DNA of 64,000 bases. Source: an uncultured Chloroflexia bacterium (GTDB lineage Bacteria; Chloroflexota; Limnocylindria; Limnocylindrales; CSP1-4). Of the stretch, positions 1 through 9,447 are shown piece after piece. The stretch is from positions 1,280,001-1,344,000 of the forward strand of contig CAVVJT010000010.1 in assembly GCA_963748625.1 (NCBI GenBank), read 5' to 3'. The notes beneath the pieces are model-generated. The model was not told the DNA's origin and did no database searches. It worked only from the letters and a program-made list of their open reading frames with translations. How positions within the stretch are numbered: the stretch's first letter is position 1; every line of letters starts with the position of its first letter. A program made the translations under genes and the position numbers.

Positions 1-420
1 GGCACGGGGCGCAAGAAGACGCTGCGTACCATCGCGAAGTACGGCGACCAGTGGAACGCCTTCGGCACGCCCGAGCAGCTGGCGGAGCTCGATGGTGTCC
101 TGCGGGAGCACTGTGCGGTGGTCGGGCGCGACCACCGGGAGATCGAACGCACCGTGAACCTGTGGATCGTGGTCCGCGACGACCCGGACGAGGCCGAGCG
201 CGTCTGGGGCGAGGCCATGGCCCACAACGACGTGCCGCGCGAGGAGTGGACCGAGGAGTCCCGCCCGATCCTGGGCTCTCCGGAGCAGGTGGCGGCACGG
301 CTGCGCGAGTACGTCGCCGCGGGCTTCGACGGGCTGATCGCCGAGATCCCGTCCCCCTTCGACCACGAGACCATCGAGCGGCTGATGGGCGAGGTGAAGC
401 CGCTCGTCGACGCCGGCTGA
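1..420 (+). CDS. LLM-class (luciferase-like) flavin-dependent oxidoreductase, 5'-truncated by window edge
   Basis: Frame 1 is open from base 1: GTGRKKTLRTIAKYGDQWN...GSPEQVAARLREYVAAGFD, typical LLM/F420 oxidoreductase C-terminus. Confidence 0.8.
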   Translation, partial: GTGRKKTLRTIAKYGDQWNAFGTPEQLAELDGVLREHCAVVGRDHREIERTVNLWIVVRDDPDEAERVWGEAMAHNDVPREEWTEESRPILGSPEQVAARLREYVAAGFDGLIAEIPSPFDHETIERLMGEVKPLVDAG

Positions 421-425
421 GGCGC

Positions 426-1613
426 ATGGCTGCGACGGTCGAGTTCGACCACGTCTCCAAGTCCTATGCCGCAGCGGCGAAGGACGGGGCGAAAGCGGGC
501 ACGCCCGTCACACCCGGCGCCGTCAACGACCTGAGCCTGGCGATCCCGGCCGGCAGGATCTGCGTCCTGGTGGGGCCGTCGGGCTGCGGCAAGACCACGT
601 CGCTCAAGATGGTCAACCGGCTCATCGAGCCCACATCGGGCCGCATCCTGCTCGACGGGGTCGACGTCACCACGCGTGACCTGACCGAGCTCCGCCGCGG
701 CATCGGCTATGTCATCCAACAGACCGGCCTGTTCCCCCACCAGACGGTCCACGAGAACGTGGCGACCGTGCCGCGGCTCCTCGGCTGGTCCCGGCAGCGC
801 CAGTCGGCCCGGGCGGACGAGCTGCTCGCGATGGTGGGGCTGGAGCCGGGCGCCTATGCCGGGCGCTATCCGGCCGAGCTGTCAGGTGGCGAGCGGCAGC
901 GCGTGGGGGTCGCGCGGGCGCTGGCCGCGGATCCGCCGGTGATGCTCATGGACGAGCCGTTCGGCGCCGTGGACCCGATCGTCCGTGAACACCTCCAGAA
1001 CGAGTTCCTGCGCCTGCAGGAGCAGCTCGCCAAGACCATCCTGTTCGTGACCCACGACATCGACGAGGCGATCAAGATGGGCGACCTGGTCGCGGTCCTC
1101 ACGACCGGGGGCGTCGTCGCGCAGGTGGGCACGCCGTCCGAGATCCTGGCCCGGCCGGCGTCGGAGTTCGTGGCCCGCTTCGTGGGCACCGATCGCGGGC
1201 TCAAGCGCCTCGCGCTCTACCGGGTCGGCGATATGCCGCTCACGCCCGTGATCACCGCGCGGGTGGGCGACAACGGGACGATGATCCGGCGCCTGGCCGC
1301 CGACGACCCGTGGGACTACGTGCTGGTCACGGACGAGGAACACCGGCCGCTCGGCTGGCTGCACCGTGACCACATCCCGCCCGACACGCTCACGGCGGAG
1401 CACGTCGAGGGCACCTCGCCCCTCGTGGACCGCCGGACCACGCTCAAGGATGCGCTCTCGATGCTCCTCGACGCGGATGTGCAGGCCGGGGTGGTCGTGG
1501 ACCGCAACGGCGCGGTCCGGGGCATGGTCCGCGTGCCGGACGTGGTGGCCTGGTCGCGCGGCCAGGGGCTTGCGGCGCTCGACCCGGATCCGGCCGGAGG
1601 CACGGACGGGTGA
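426..1613 (+). CDS. Osmoprotectant (glycine betaine/choline/proline) ABC transporter ATP-binding subunit with C-terminal CBS domain
   Basis: Walker A GPSGCGKTT, LSGGERQRV signature, MDEPFGAVDP, VTHD; OpuCA/ProV-like; ATG at 426. Confidence 0.92.
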   Translation: MAATVEFDHVSKSYAAAAKDGAKAGTPVTPGAVNDLSLAIPAGRICVLVGPSGCGKTTSLKMVNRLIEPTSGRILLDGVDVTTRDLTELRRGIGYVIQQTGLFPHQTVHENVATVPRLLGWSRQRQSARADELLAMVGLEPGAYAGRYPAELSGGERQRVGVARALAADPPVMLMDEPFGAVDPIVREHLQNEFLRLQEQLAKTILFVTHDIDEAIKMGDLVAVLTTGGVVAQVGTPSEILARPASEFVARFVGTDRGLKRLALYRVGDMPLTPVITARVGDNGTMIRRLAADDPWDYVLVTDEEHRPLGWLHRDHIPPDTLTAEHVEGTSPLVDRRTTLKDALSMLLDADVQAGVVVDRNGAVRGMVRVPDVVAWSRGQGLAALDPDPAGGTDG

Positions 1614-2314
1614 TCGACTGGGGCTGGATCGCCGGCCACCTCGACGACATCCTGGGCCTCCTCCTGCAGCACCTCGTCCTGGTGGCCGTCCCGCTCGCCG
1701 CGGGGTTCGCCCTGAGCCTGGCGCTGGCGATCCAGGCCGTCCGCCACCCGGCGATCTACGGACCCGTCACCGCACTCACCGGCATCCTCTACACGATCCC
1801 CAGCCTCGCGGCGTTCGCGCTGCTGGTGCCGGTGTTCTCGTTCAGCTACCTCACGGCGTTCATTCCGCTGACCACCTACACGCTGCTGATCCTGTTCCGG
1901 AACATCGTGGCCGGGCTGGAGGGCGTGCCTTCCGATGTCCTCGAGGCCGCCGACGCCATGGGCTACCACGGCCGGCAGCGCCTGTGGCGCGTGGAGATGC
2001 CGCTCGCGATACCGCTCACGATGGCCGGCCTGCGGCTTGCGGCGGTGACGCTCATCGGCCTGGCGACGGTCGTGTCGATCCTGGGGTCGGGCTTCGGCGG
2101 GCTGGGCCTGCTCATCACGGACGGCCTCCAGACCTTCTTCCCCACCAAGTACCTGCTGGGCGGCCTCCTCTCGGTCGCGCTGGCGCTCGTCGTGGACTGG
2201 CTGCTGGTCCGCGCCGAGCGGTGGATCACCCCGTGGGCCCGGGGCGGGTCGGGGCGGGCGGGCGGGACGGGGCGGGCGGCCGAGGCCGGGCCCGGGCGGG
2301 CGGCAGGCGCATGA
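1610..2314 (+). CDS. Osmoprotectant ABC transporter permease
   Basis: YTIPSLA and EAADAMG (EAA loop) motifs; hydrophobic; GTGA overlap with the ATPase stop. Confidence 0.9.
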   Translation: MIDWGWIAGHLDDILGLLLQHLVLVAVPLAAGFALSLALAIQAVRHPAIYGPVTALTGILYTIPSLAAFALLVPVFSFSYLTAFIPLTTYTLLILFRNIVAGLEGVPSDVLEAADAMGYHGRQRLWRVEMPLAIPLTMAGLRLAAVTLIGLATVVSILGSGFGGLGLLITDGLQTFFPTKYLLGGLLSVALALVVDWLLVRAERWITPWARGGSGRAGGTGRAAEAGPGRAAGA

Positions 2315-3051
2315 ACGAGCTGGTCGCCTGGCTCACCAACCCCGCGAGCTGGCAGGGCGCCGAGGGCATCCCCTTCCGCATGCTCGAGCACGTGCTGATC
2401 GCAGCAGCCTCCATCCTCGCCGCCACCGCGATCGCCCTCCCGGCAGGCCTGTGGATCGGTCACACGGGCCGGGGGGCCGGAATCGCCATCAACGTGAGCA
2501 ACATCGGGCGGGCCGTGCCGTCGTACGCGGTCATCGTGATGGTCCTGCCGATCTCGCTGGCCATCTCACCTGACTACGGCCTCGATCTCATACCGACCTT
2601 CGTGGCGATGGTGATCCTGGCCATCCCGCCGATCCTGATCAATGCGTTCGCGGGTCTGCAGGCGGTGGACCGGGACCTGCTCGAGGCCGGCCGCGGCATG
2701 GGCCTCACCGAGCGCCAGGTGCTGCGGGACATCGAGCTGCCGCTGGCGGCGCCGCTCATCATCGGCGGCTTCCGGACTGCCACGCTCAACGTCATCGCGA
2801 CGGCGACCATCGGCGCTGTCGTCGGCTTCGGCGGTCTGGGCGCGTTCATCCTGGGCGGACGGGCGAAGGGCGTTGCCGGCCTGGGCGAGCTGATCGGCGG
2901 GGCGATCCTGGTCACGCTGCTCGCGATCACCGTGGACCTGCTCCTGGCGTGGGCGCAGCGCCGGGCGGCCCGGCGCGCCGACCGCAGGATCGGACCAGCC
3001 CGCGACTTCCGCGACCTGTCCGGGATTCCCGTTCCCCAGTTCATCCCGTGA
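2311..3051 (+). CDS. Osmoprotectant ABC transporter permease
   Basis: GRAVPS, EAGRGMG EAA loop, IELPLAAP; ATGA overlap with the previous gene. Confidence 0.9.
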   Translation: MNELVAWLTNPASWQGAEGIPFRMLEHVLIAAASILAATAIALPAGLWIGHTGRGAGIAINVSNIGRAVPSYAVIVMVLPISLAISPDYGLDLIPTFVAMVILAIPPILINAFAGLQAVDRDLLEAGRGMGLTERQVLRDIELPLAAPLIIGGFRTATLNVIATATIGAVVGFGGLGAFILGGRAKGVAGLGELIGGAILVTLLAITVDLLLAWAQRRAARRADRRIGPARDFRDLSGIPVPQFIP

Positions 3052-3140
3052 CCCGTCGCGCGCCCTTCCCGGGCTGGCGCGATACGCTGGCCGTGCGCCC
3101 CTCCCTCGGGGCGCCGCGTCATGCACAGGAAGGGGACCCA

Positions 3141-4046
3141 ATGCGGTTTTCCCGCGCGCTCGCCCTCGGGGCGGCGATGCTGGTGGCGCTCGCCGCCTGC
3201 TCGTCGGGAGGGGGCAGCAAGCCCGAGGTCAAGATCGGCTCGGACAACTTCTACGAGTCCAAGCTGGTGGCCGAGATGTTCGCCCAGGCCCTCGAGGCCG
3301 ACGGCTACACGGTCACCCGCAACCTCGGGATCGGCGCCCGCCAGGTGCGCCAGCCCGCCCTCGAGCAGGGGCAGATCGACATCTCGCCCGAGTACGTCGG
3401 CTCAGGCCTGGGCTACTACGACGCCAAGAAGACCACCGGCGACGCGAACGCCAACCAGATGGCCCTCGCGGCCGCGCTCAAGCCCAAGGGGATCGCCGTC
3501 GTCGGGCTCTCGCCCGGTGAGGACGCGAACGCCGGGGTCGTCCGCAAGGAGACCGCCGACCAGTACGGCCTCACGAAGATGAGCGATCTCGCCGCGGTCC
3601 AGGACGAGCTCAAGTGGGGCATCACGCCCGATTGCGACGCGAACCCGCTGTGCAAGGATGCGCTTGAGGCGTACGGGATCACCTACCCGCCGAAGAATGC
3701 CGAGCGGCTGGCCGCGTGTGACGCGCCCATCGCAGAGGCCCTCAACGGCAAGGGCGTGGACTTCGCGTGGCTCTGCTCCACGCAGCCGGCCATCGCGCAG
3801 TTCGGCTTCGTGGCGCTCGAGGACGATAAGGACACGCAGCCGGCCGAGAACATGACCGCGCTCGTCCGCGACGACCTGCTCGCCAAGGTGGGCGACAAGG
3901 CCGCATTCGGGAAGCGTCTCGACGATGTGCTGCGCCTGCTCACGACCGAGGAGCTGACGGCGCTCGGCGTGAAGGTCGCGGTGGAGCAGCAGGACGTCGC
4001 CGACGTCGCCAAGGCGTTCCTCACCGAGAACGGCCTGCTCAAGTAG
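3141..4046 (+). CDS. Osmoprotectant ABC transporter substrate-binding lipoprotein (OpuAC family)
   Basis: Lipobox LAAC; IGSDNFYES, PEYVGS and LEDDK motifs; operon context. Confidence 0.9.
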   Translation: MRFSRALALGAAMLVALAACSSGGGSKPEVKIGSDNFYESKLVAEMFAQALEADGYTVTRNLGIGARQVRQPALEQGQIDISPEYVGSGLGYYDAKKTTGDANANQMALAAALKPKGIAVVGLSPGEDANAGVVRKETADQYGLTKMSDLAAVQDELKWGITPDCDANPLCKDALEAYGITYPPKNAERLAACDAPIAEALNGKGVDFAWLCSTQPAIAQFGFVALEDDKDTQPAENMTALVRDDLLAKVGDKAAFGKRLDDVLRLLTTEELTALGVKVAVEQQDVADVAKAFLTENGLLK

Positions 4047-4066
4047 CGCGCCCCTGAGGCTGCGGG

Positions 4067-4795
4067 TCAGCGCAGGTCGAGGAAGTCGAGCAGCGCCGCA
4101 CCCTCGCTCCAGCGCGCCGGTGCGTCATGGGCAAGCCGTGACGCCTCGTGGCGCACCCAGCCGGCGACCTCCGGGTCGGCGTCGGCAAGGCGGCGGCTGG
4201 ACCGGAGCCGCTCCACCGAGTGGCCAAGGAAGAGCGCGTACAGGGCCTCGGGCGAGGCCTCGGCGACGCGCGCCTCTGCGCCCTCCTGGTAGTCGATCGG
4301 GACCATCAGGCGCGCGAAGAACGCCCCGATCTCGTCCACCAGCGGGTCCACACCCTGCGAGTGTCCGGCCCACCGCACGATCGGGGCGGGAGAGGTGAAC
4401 GCGACGTACACCGACCGGCCATCGACGGCATCAGCGAGCAGCGTCCCCCCGAAGCCGAGGAACTGGTTGCTCACCGGGATCCGGTCGGTGACGTGGATCG
4501 GTCCCCACGACCAGGGCCTGGTGGTGGGCACCGGCGTCTTGAGCGTGAGGCTGGCGAGGCGCCCGCGTCCGCCGCGGGCCTCCCAGAACGTGATCTCCTC
4601 GGGATCGAAGTGCGTCAGGGTGGGCACGTCGCGCAGTCCGACGAGCAGCCGCGGACCGGGTCGGGTCCCAGGCAGGGAGCCGTCGCGAAGCTCGAAGCCC
4701 AGGCGCGCGAGCTCCTGCACGGTCTGCGCGAGCCAGTCCCCACCCCAGTCCATCGCCCCCGGCCAGGGGCGCGAAGCGCCTAGCGTCCCCATCAC
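4067..4795 (-). CDS. Hypothetical protein
   Basis: 242-aa ORF with normal composition, start overlapping the upstream stop; no recognised family. Confidence 0.65.
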   Translation of the reverse strand: MMGTLGASRPWPGAMDWGGDWLAQTVQELARLGFELRDGSLPGTRPGPRLLVGLRDVPTLTHFDPEEITFWEARGGRGRLASLTLKTPVPTTRPWSWGPIHVTDRIPVSNQFLGFGGTLLADAVDGRSVYVAFTSPAPIVRWAGHSQGVDPLVDEIGAFFARLMVPIDYQEGAEARVAEASPEALYALFLGHSVERLRSSRRLADADPEVAGWVRHEASRLAHDAPARWSEGAALLDFLDLR

Positions 4796-5916
4796 GTGTC
4801 CTGTGCTGCGGCAATCGGAGGCACCCCAACCCCCGGATCCCCCGTATCGTCGATCGCCGGGGACGCGGGCACATGGGCCGTATGGGTCCCCGCGGCGGGC
4901 TGTCCGGCGTCGTGGGCAGCGTCGTCGTCGTCGTCCTTGTGCCCGGTGGGGGCGTGGCCCGGCACCAGGTGTCGGCGCCCACCCGTCACGAACGCGATCG
5001 CGCCGCCGATCGAGGTGACCAGCAGCACCGTGACGTGCACCAGGATCCCGAAGGCCAGTGCCTGGTCGGCGGGAATGCTCACCGAGGTCGCGATGGTCAC
5101 CACCGCCAGCTCGAACGTGCCCACGTAGCCCGGCGCCGCCGGGATCGCGGTCGCGAGGTTCGTGCCGGCAGCGAGCAGCGCCGCCTGGCCCATCGTCGGC
5201 TCGATGCCCACCGCCTGCGCCGCGGCGGCGAAGGCAAGCACCGTCAGCGACCAGGACGCGATCGAGAGGATGACCGCGAGGATCATCGTGCGCAGGTTGC
5301 CCACGACCGCGAGGCCCGCGCGAAGTCGCACGAGCGCGCGGTGGATGCCGGGCCAGCGGTCAAGCCAGGCCCGTACGCGGTCGGCGCCGGGAAGCCGGTG
5401 GGCCGCCATGCCCACGGCAATTCCGACCACGAGCAGCGCGGTCAGGGCGAAGCCCACCAGCACGGCCGAGGCCACAATCCCGCGGACGGACAGGACGAGG
5501 ATGGCAACCGCCGCGATCGACACGACCACCATCGTGTCCACCACCCGCTCGATTACGATCGTGCCCAGGATCGTGGAGCGCGAGATCCCCGTCCGGGCAC
5601 CGAGGTCATGGCTGCGGACAAGCTCGCCAAGGCGGGCCGGGAGCACGTTGTTGGCCAGGTAGCCCACCAGGAGAGCGGCCAGCACCGGGCGGAAGGGCAG
5701 CTTCGCGACGGGCGCCAGGAGCACCCGCCAGCGGACCGCACGCAGCAGGATGTCGCCGATCACGAACAGCACGAGGAGCGCCACCCATGCCGGGTTCGCG
5801 TTCCGGAGCGCGTCCCAGGCTGCCGCGAGGTCCACGTTCCGGACGACGAGGACCAGCGCGACGACCGAGATCAGCAGGCCGAGTGCCGCGCGACCCAGCC
5901 CGCGTGTGGAGGTCAC
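4792..5916 (-). CDS. Lysylphosphatidylglycerol synthase TM-domain / flippase-like protein (UPF0104)
   Basis: RAVRWRVLL, NNVLPARLGELVR, ERVVD and PGYVGTFE motifs. Confidence 0.88.
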   Translation of the reverse strand: MTSTRGLGRAALGLLISVVALVLVVRNVDLAAAWDALRNANPAWVALLVLFVIGDILLRAVRWRVLLAPVAKLPFRPVLAALLVGYLANNVLPARLGELVRSHDLGARTGISRSTILGTIVIERVVDTMVVVSIAAVAILVLSVRGIVASAVLVGFALTALLVVGIAVGMAAHRLPGADRVRAWLDRWPGIHRALVRLRAGLAVVGNLRTMILAVILSIASWSLTVLAFAAAAQAVGIEPTMGQAALLAAGTNLATAIPAAPGYVGTFELAVVTIATSVSIPADQALAFGILVHVTVLLVTSIGGAIAFVTGGRRHLVPGHAPTGHKDDDDDAAHDAGQPAAGTHTAHVPASPAIDDTGDPGVGVPPIAAAQDT

Positions 5917-5918
5917 GA

Positions 5919-6713
5919 TCAGGCGGCGCGGGGCTTGCTCGCGGAGGCGCGCGGGCTCAGCTTGGGCGAGCGCCGCAGGCCGGTCCGGTGCAGCAGGAAG
6001 CGGCCGACGACGCGGAGCGTGGACAGCCCGTACACGACGCTCCGCTTGAAGTTCACGGAGCTCGCCTCCTCGAAGTAGCGTGTCGGGACGGCGATCTCAC
6101 CGATCTGCATCCCGCCCGCGGCCACCACCTGGGCGATGAGGTCCTGGTCGAACACGAAGTCGTCCGAGTTGCGCTGGTACGGGATCGTCTCCAGCAGGCG
6201 CCGGCTGTAGGCGCGCAGGCCGGTGTGGTACTCGGAGAGGTGCTGGCCGAACGCGAGGTTCTCCACGCCGGTCAGGAAGCGGTTCGAGACGTACTTCCAC
6301 TTCGGCATGCCGCCCGCGAGCGGGTCACCCAGGAACCGGGAGCCCAGCATCAGGTCCTTCTCACCTGCCAGGATCGGCGCGACGAGCTGCGGGATGCGGG
6401 TGGCGTCGTACTGGTAGTCGGGATGGAGCATCACGACGACATCGGCGCCCCACTCGAGCGCCCGGTCGTAGCAGGTCTTCTGGTTGCCGCCGTAACCCTT
6501 GTTCTGGCGGTGGACGATGACCTCAAGGCCCAGCTGGCGCGCGATCTCGACGGTCTCGTCCTTCGACACGTCATCCACGAGGATCATGTGATCCACGAGG
6601 TCGTGCGGGATGTCCGCGTACGTCCGCTCCAGCGTGCGGGCGGCGTTGTAGGCGGGCATCACGATGACGACCTTGGGCCGGGCACGGTCTCCGGCGGGAG
6701 TGGGAGGCGGCAT
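5919..6713 (-). CDS. Glycosyltransferase family 2 (polyprenol-phosphate sugar synthase-like)
   Basis: VMPAYNA, VDDVSKD, NKGYGG, HPDYQY, GSRF; start set at ATG 6713, 7 nt after a TATGCT -10 box. Confidence 0.9.
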   Translation of the reverse strand: MPPPTPAGDRARPKVVIVMPAYNAARTLERTYADIPHDLVDHMILVDDVSKDETVEIARQLGLEVIVHRQNKGYGGNQKTCYDRALEWGADVVVMLHPDYQYDATRIPQLVAPILAGEKDLMLGSRFLGDPLAGGMPKWKYVSNRFLTGVENLAFGQHLSEYHTGLRAYSRRLLETIPYQRNSDDFVFDQDLIAQVVAAGGMQIGEIAVPTRYFEEASSVNFKRSVVYGLSTLRVVGRFLLHRTGLRRSPKLSPRASASKPRAA

Positions 6714-6766
6714 GCGCCAGAGCATACCGAGTCTCGATCAAGGGCGCCCCTGTACACTCCCGGCCG

Positions 6767-8368
6767 ATGACCAACGATCTCGCACGCCCGGTGGCCGGGC
6801 GCCCGCAGGCTGGACTGGGGGCCGGAGCGTACGCGTCGGCAGCCGGGATCTTCGTCCTCAGCGTCATCCTCGCCCACTTGGCATCGCCCCTGCGGGCTGA
6901 GGCCCCGGTCGCCTTCGACACCATCTCCGTGGTGCTGTACTTCGACCGGATCGTGCATGGTGTCGTGCTCGAGGCTCCGATCCTCACCACGCCCAAACCA
7001 CTGTTGTCCCTCGTCTATGGAGCGACCTGGGAGCTGACGGGCGACTGGCGCTGGATCGTCCTGATCTCCGTCCTCGCGTCGGCAGGCTCAGCGGCGCTCG
7101 CAACCCTGCTGGCATGGCGCATCGCGGGACCGGCTGCAGGCCTGTTCGCCGGCGCCGCCATCGCAGGCTCCTCGATGCTGGTGATGGAGGCCGTCCGAGG
7201 CCTCGCCACGCCGTGGGCGATCCTGGGCTGGATGCTCGCCGGCCTCGCGGTCACGGCACGGCGGCCGCGCTACGGTATCGCCGGTCTTGCCCTCGCCCTT
7301 GCGGCCCTGGCGCGGATCGAGACCCTCGCCATCGTCGGGGCTGCGGTGGTGCTGCTCGTCGTCGTCTCCGTCGGGCCGCGACGGGTTCGCAGGCACGTCC
7401 CCGGGCGGGCGTGGCTCGTGCTGCTCGGCCTCCTCGCACTACCGGTGATGCTCGCGCACGACTGGCTGCTCATCCGCGATCCCTGGTACTGGGCCGGCGT
7501 ATCGGGCGCCTATGCTGCCCAGAACCCCCAGCCGTCAGGGATGGCGGGGGTCCGGTCGGTCCTCGAGCTCCTCGTCAAGCTCCTGGCCCAGATGCTGGGG
7601 ATGGTGGTGCTCGCCGTGCCCGGGACGGTCATCCTCCTGCGCAGGACGCCGGTCGTGGGCATCGGCCTGCTGGCGCTCGCCGGCGGTGTTGCCTCGTTCA
7701 TGCTGTTGATCGGCTATCTCGGCTACATGGTTCCCGGCCGGTATGCGGCCCCGATCGAGGTGGCCGTCATGATGGCCGCCGCGATAGCGGTCGGCGCCGC
7801 GGCGGAGAATCTGGAAGCAAGGTTGCGGCGCCGGCAGACGACAACGACCCGTGGCGAAGGCCCGGTCCGCATCGTGCCCGCCGTGCTCGGTGTCGCAGGC
7901 CTCGTTACCGCCCTGGTCCTCACGAACCCGCTCGCACCGGCCAGCAAGGGGCTGCACCGGGTGGTCCAGGATCGTCGCGCCCTCAACGGCGCAGCCCTTG
8001 ACGCGACGGACGCCATCAGGGCAGCGCTGCAGGACGCTGCCAACGGACCAGGGACACCCCCCGTCATCCGGGTCCAGAGCCAGGTGCGGCCGCTGCTGGC
8101 GCTCGAGCTCGGCCTGGACCTGACGCGGATCCAGGTGCTCCCGAACCCACCGGATCGGGCGCTTGCGTCCGATACCGCACAGGGGGGCGGGCTGGTGCTC
8201 TACATCCCGGCGGAGGACGAGTCAGGGCGGGGCGCGAGCCTGGCCACCACTGAGCCGACAACCGTGGGCACGGTCAGGATCACTCCCATCACCTCTGACG
8301 CCGACATGGGCTGGTGGCTGTCGCGCCTCGACGCCACCCCCTCGACCGAGGGAGAAGCCGGCGGGTAG
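6767..8368 (+). CDS. Multi-pass membrane protein, probable GT-C-fold glycosyltransferase
   Basis: About 11-12 hydrophobic segments, N-terminal loop with FD and PKPL, ARIE and GRY motifs, soluble C-terminal tail; divergent from GT2 and flippase. Confidence 0.6.
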   Translation: MTNDLARPVAGRPQAGLGAGAYASAAGIFVLSVILAHLASPLRAEAPVAFDTISVVLYFDRIVHGVVLEAPILTTPKPLLSLVYGATWELTGDWRWIVLISVLASAGSAALATLLAWRIAGPAAGLFAGAAIAGSSMLVMEAVRGLATPWAILGWMLAGLAVTARRPRYGIAGLALALAALARIETLAIVGAAVVLLVVVSVGPRRVRRHVPGRAWLVLLGLLALPVMLAHDWLLIRDPWYWAGVSGAYAAQNPQPSGMAGVRSVLELLVKLLAQMLGMVVLAVPGTVILLRRTPVVGIGLLALAGGVASFMLLIGYLGYMVPGRYAAPIEVAVMMAAAIAVGAAAENLEARLRRRQTTTTRGEGPVRIVPAVLGVAGLVTALVLTNPLAPASKGLHRVVQDRRALNGAALDATDAIRAALQDAANGPGTPPVIRVQSQVRPLLALELGLDLTRIQVLPNPPDRALASDTAQGGGLVLYIPAEDESGRGASLATTEPTTVGTVRITPITSDADMGWWLSRLDATPSTEGEAGG

Positions 8369-8490
8369 CACCGCGGCGGCCCGACGGCTGGCGGAACCGT
8401 CGAAGGGCTGTCGCGATCCGCGGGTATGGTTCGGACGAATACCTCGATGACACGTCCCGGCGTCATCGGGATTGAGGAGCACGCCAGACC

Positions 8491-9096
8491 ATGTTCGATC
8501 GACTCTTGGGCAACCGCCGCGCCGACCCGGCCGTCGCCGATCGCGTGCCGCCCGGCCAGTACCTGACCGACAAGTTCCCCGTGCTGCACTACGGCTCGGT
8601 GCCGTCCACGGACCTTGCGACGTGGGACTTCCGGGTCCACGGCGAGGTCGACAGCCCGTTCACCCTGTCGTGGGAGCAGTTCCGGGCGCTGCCACGCAAG
8701 CAGGTGACCACAGACATCCACTGCGTGACCCGCTGGTCGAAGCTGGACACGCACTGGGAGGGCGTCGCCATCCAGACGATCCTCGAGATGGCGCAGGTCC
8801 GGCCATCAGCCGCGCACGTGATCGGCCACGCCGAACAGGGCTACACGGCGAACGTCTCGCTCGACGTGCTCGACGACGACGACGTGCTCCTCGCCGACAC
8901 CTACGAGGGTGCGCCGCTCACCCCCGAGCACGGCTGGCCGCTCCGCCTCATCGTCCCGAAGAAGTACTTCTGGAAGGGCCCGAAGTGGATCCGGGGCCTC
9001 GAGTTCGTGACGCACGACCGCCTCGGCTTCTGGGAGCGCTACGGCTACCACAACGAGGGCGACCCCTGGCGCGAGGAGCGGTTCTCGGGCTCCTGA
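8491..9096 (+). CDS. Sulfite oxidase-like molybdopterin-dependent oxidoreductase (YuiH family)
   Basis: [39 protein letters not shown]. Confidence 0.92.
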   Translation: MFDRLLGNRRADPAVADRVPPGQYLTDKFPVLHYGSVPSTDLATWDFRVHGEVDSPFTLSWEQFRALPRKQVTTDIHCVTRWSKLDTHWEGVAIQTILEMAQVRPSAAHVIGHAEQGYTANVSLDVLDDDDVLLADTYEGAPLTPEHGWPLRLIVPKKYFWKGPKWIRGLEFVTHDRLGFWERYGYHNEGDPWREERFSGS

Positions 9097-9151
9097 CGCC
9101 GTAGCCCAACCCCGGGGCGCGCATCCACGGGGCGCGCTCCCTGCCCGACCG

Positions 9152-9297
9152 CCCGCCTGGCGGGCCTTGCGTGCGGAGTTCCGCACAGTCGCACCGCCAG
9201 ACGGGACGTCCGGGCCCGTTTCGGCCATGCACGCCCTGATCTGCCCGCTGTGCGACCGGTTTGCGCAGGATCGCGCACACAGTGCCCGCTGGGCGGG
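9152..9297. repeat. 146-bp four-box palindromic dispersed element, copy 1
   Basis: Boxes CCCGCCTGGCGGG (9152), ACCGCCAGACGGG (9193), CCCGCTGTGCGAC (9244), CCCGCTGGGCGGG (9285); homologous to 15076, 22001 and 50194. Confidence 0.85.
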
Positions 9298-9354
9298 ATG
9301 CATGCGGCCCGGACCGCGCATGCGGCCGCGGACGCGGGACGCGGCTCGCGGGTG

Positions 9355-9384
9355 CGGGGCGGCCTCGGACGCGAGGCCGCCCCG
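9355..9384. terminator. Perfect 13-bp stem-loop between convergent genes, putative bidirectional terminator
   Basis: CGGGGCGGCCTCG-GACG-CGAGGCCGCCCCG; no U-tract. Confidence 0.5.
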
Positions 9385-9447
9385 GACGCGGGACGCGACG
9401 GACCCCAGCTCGGCTCGTGGGCCCAACTCGCCGAAGGCGGCCGACCC

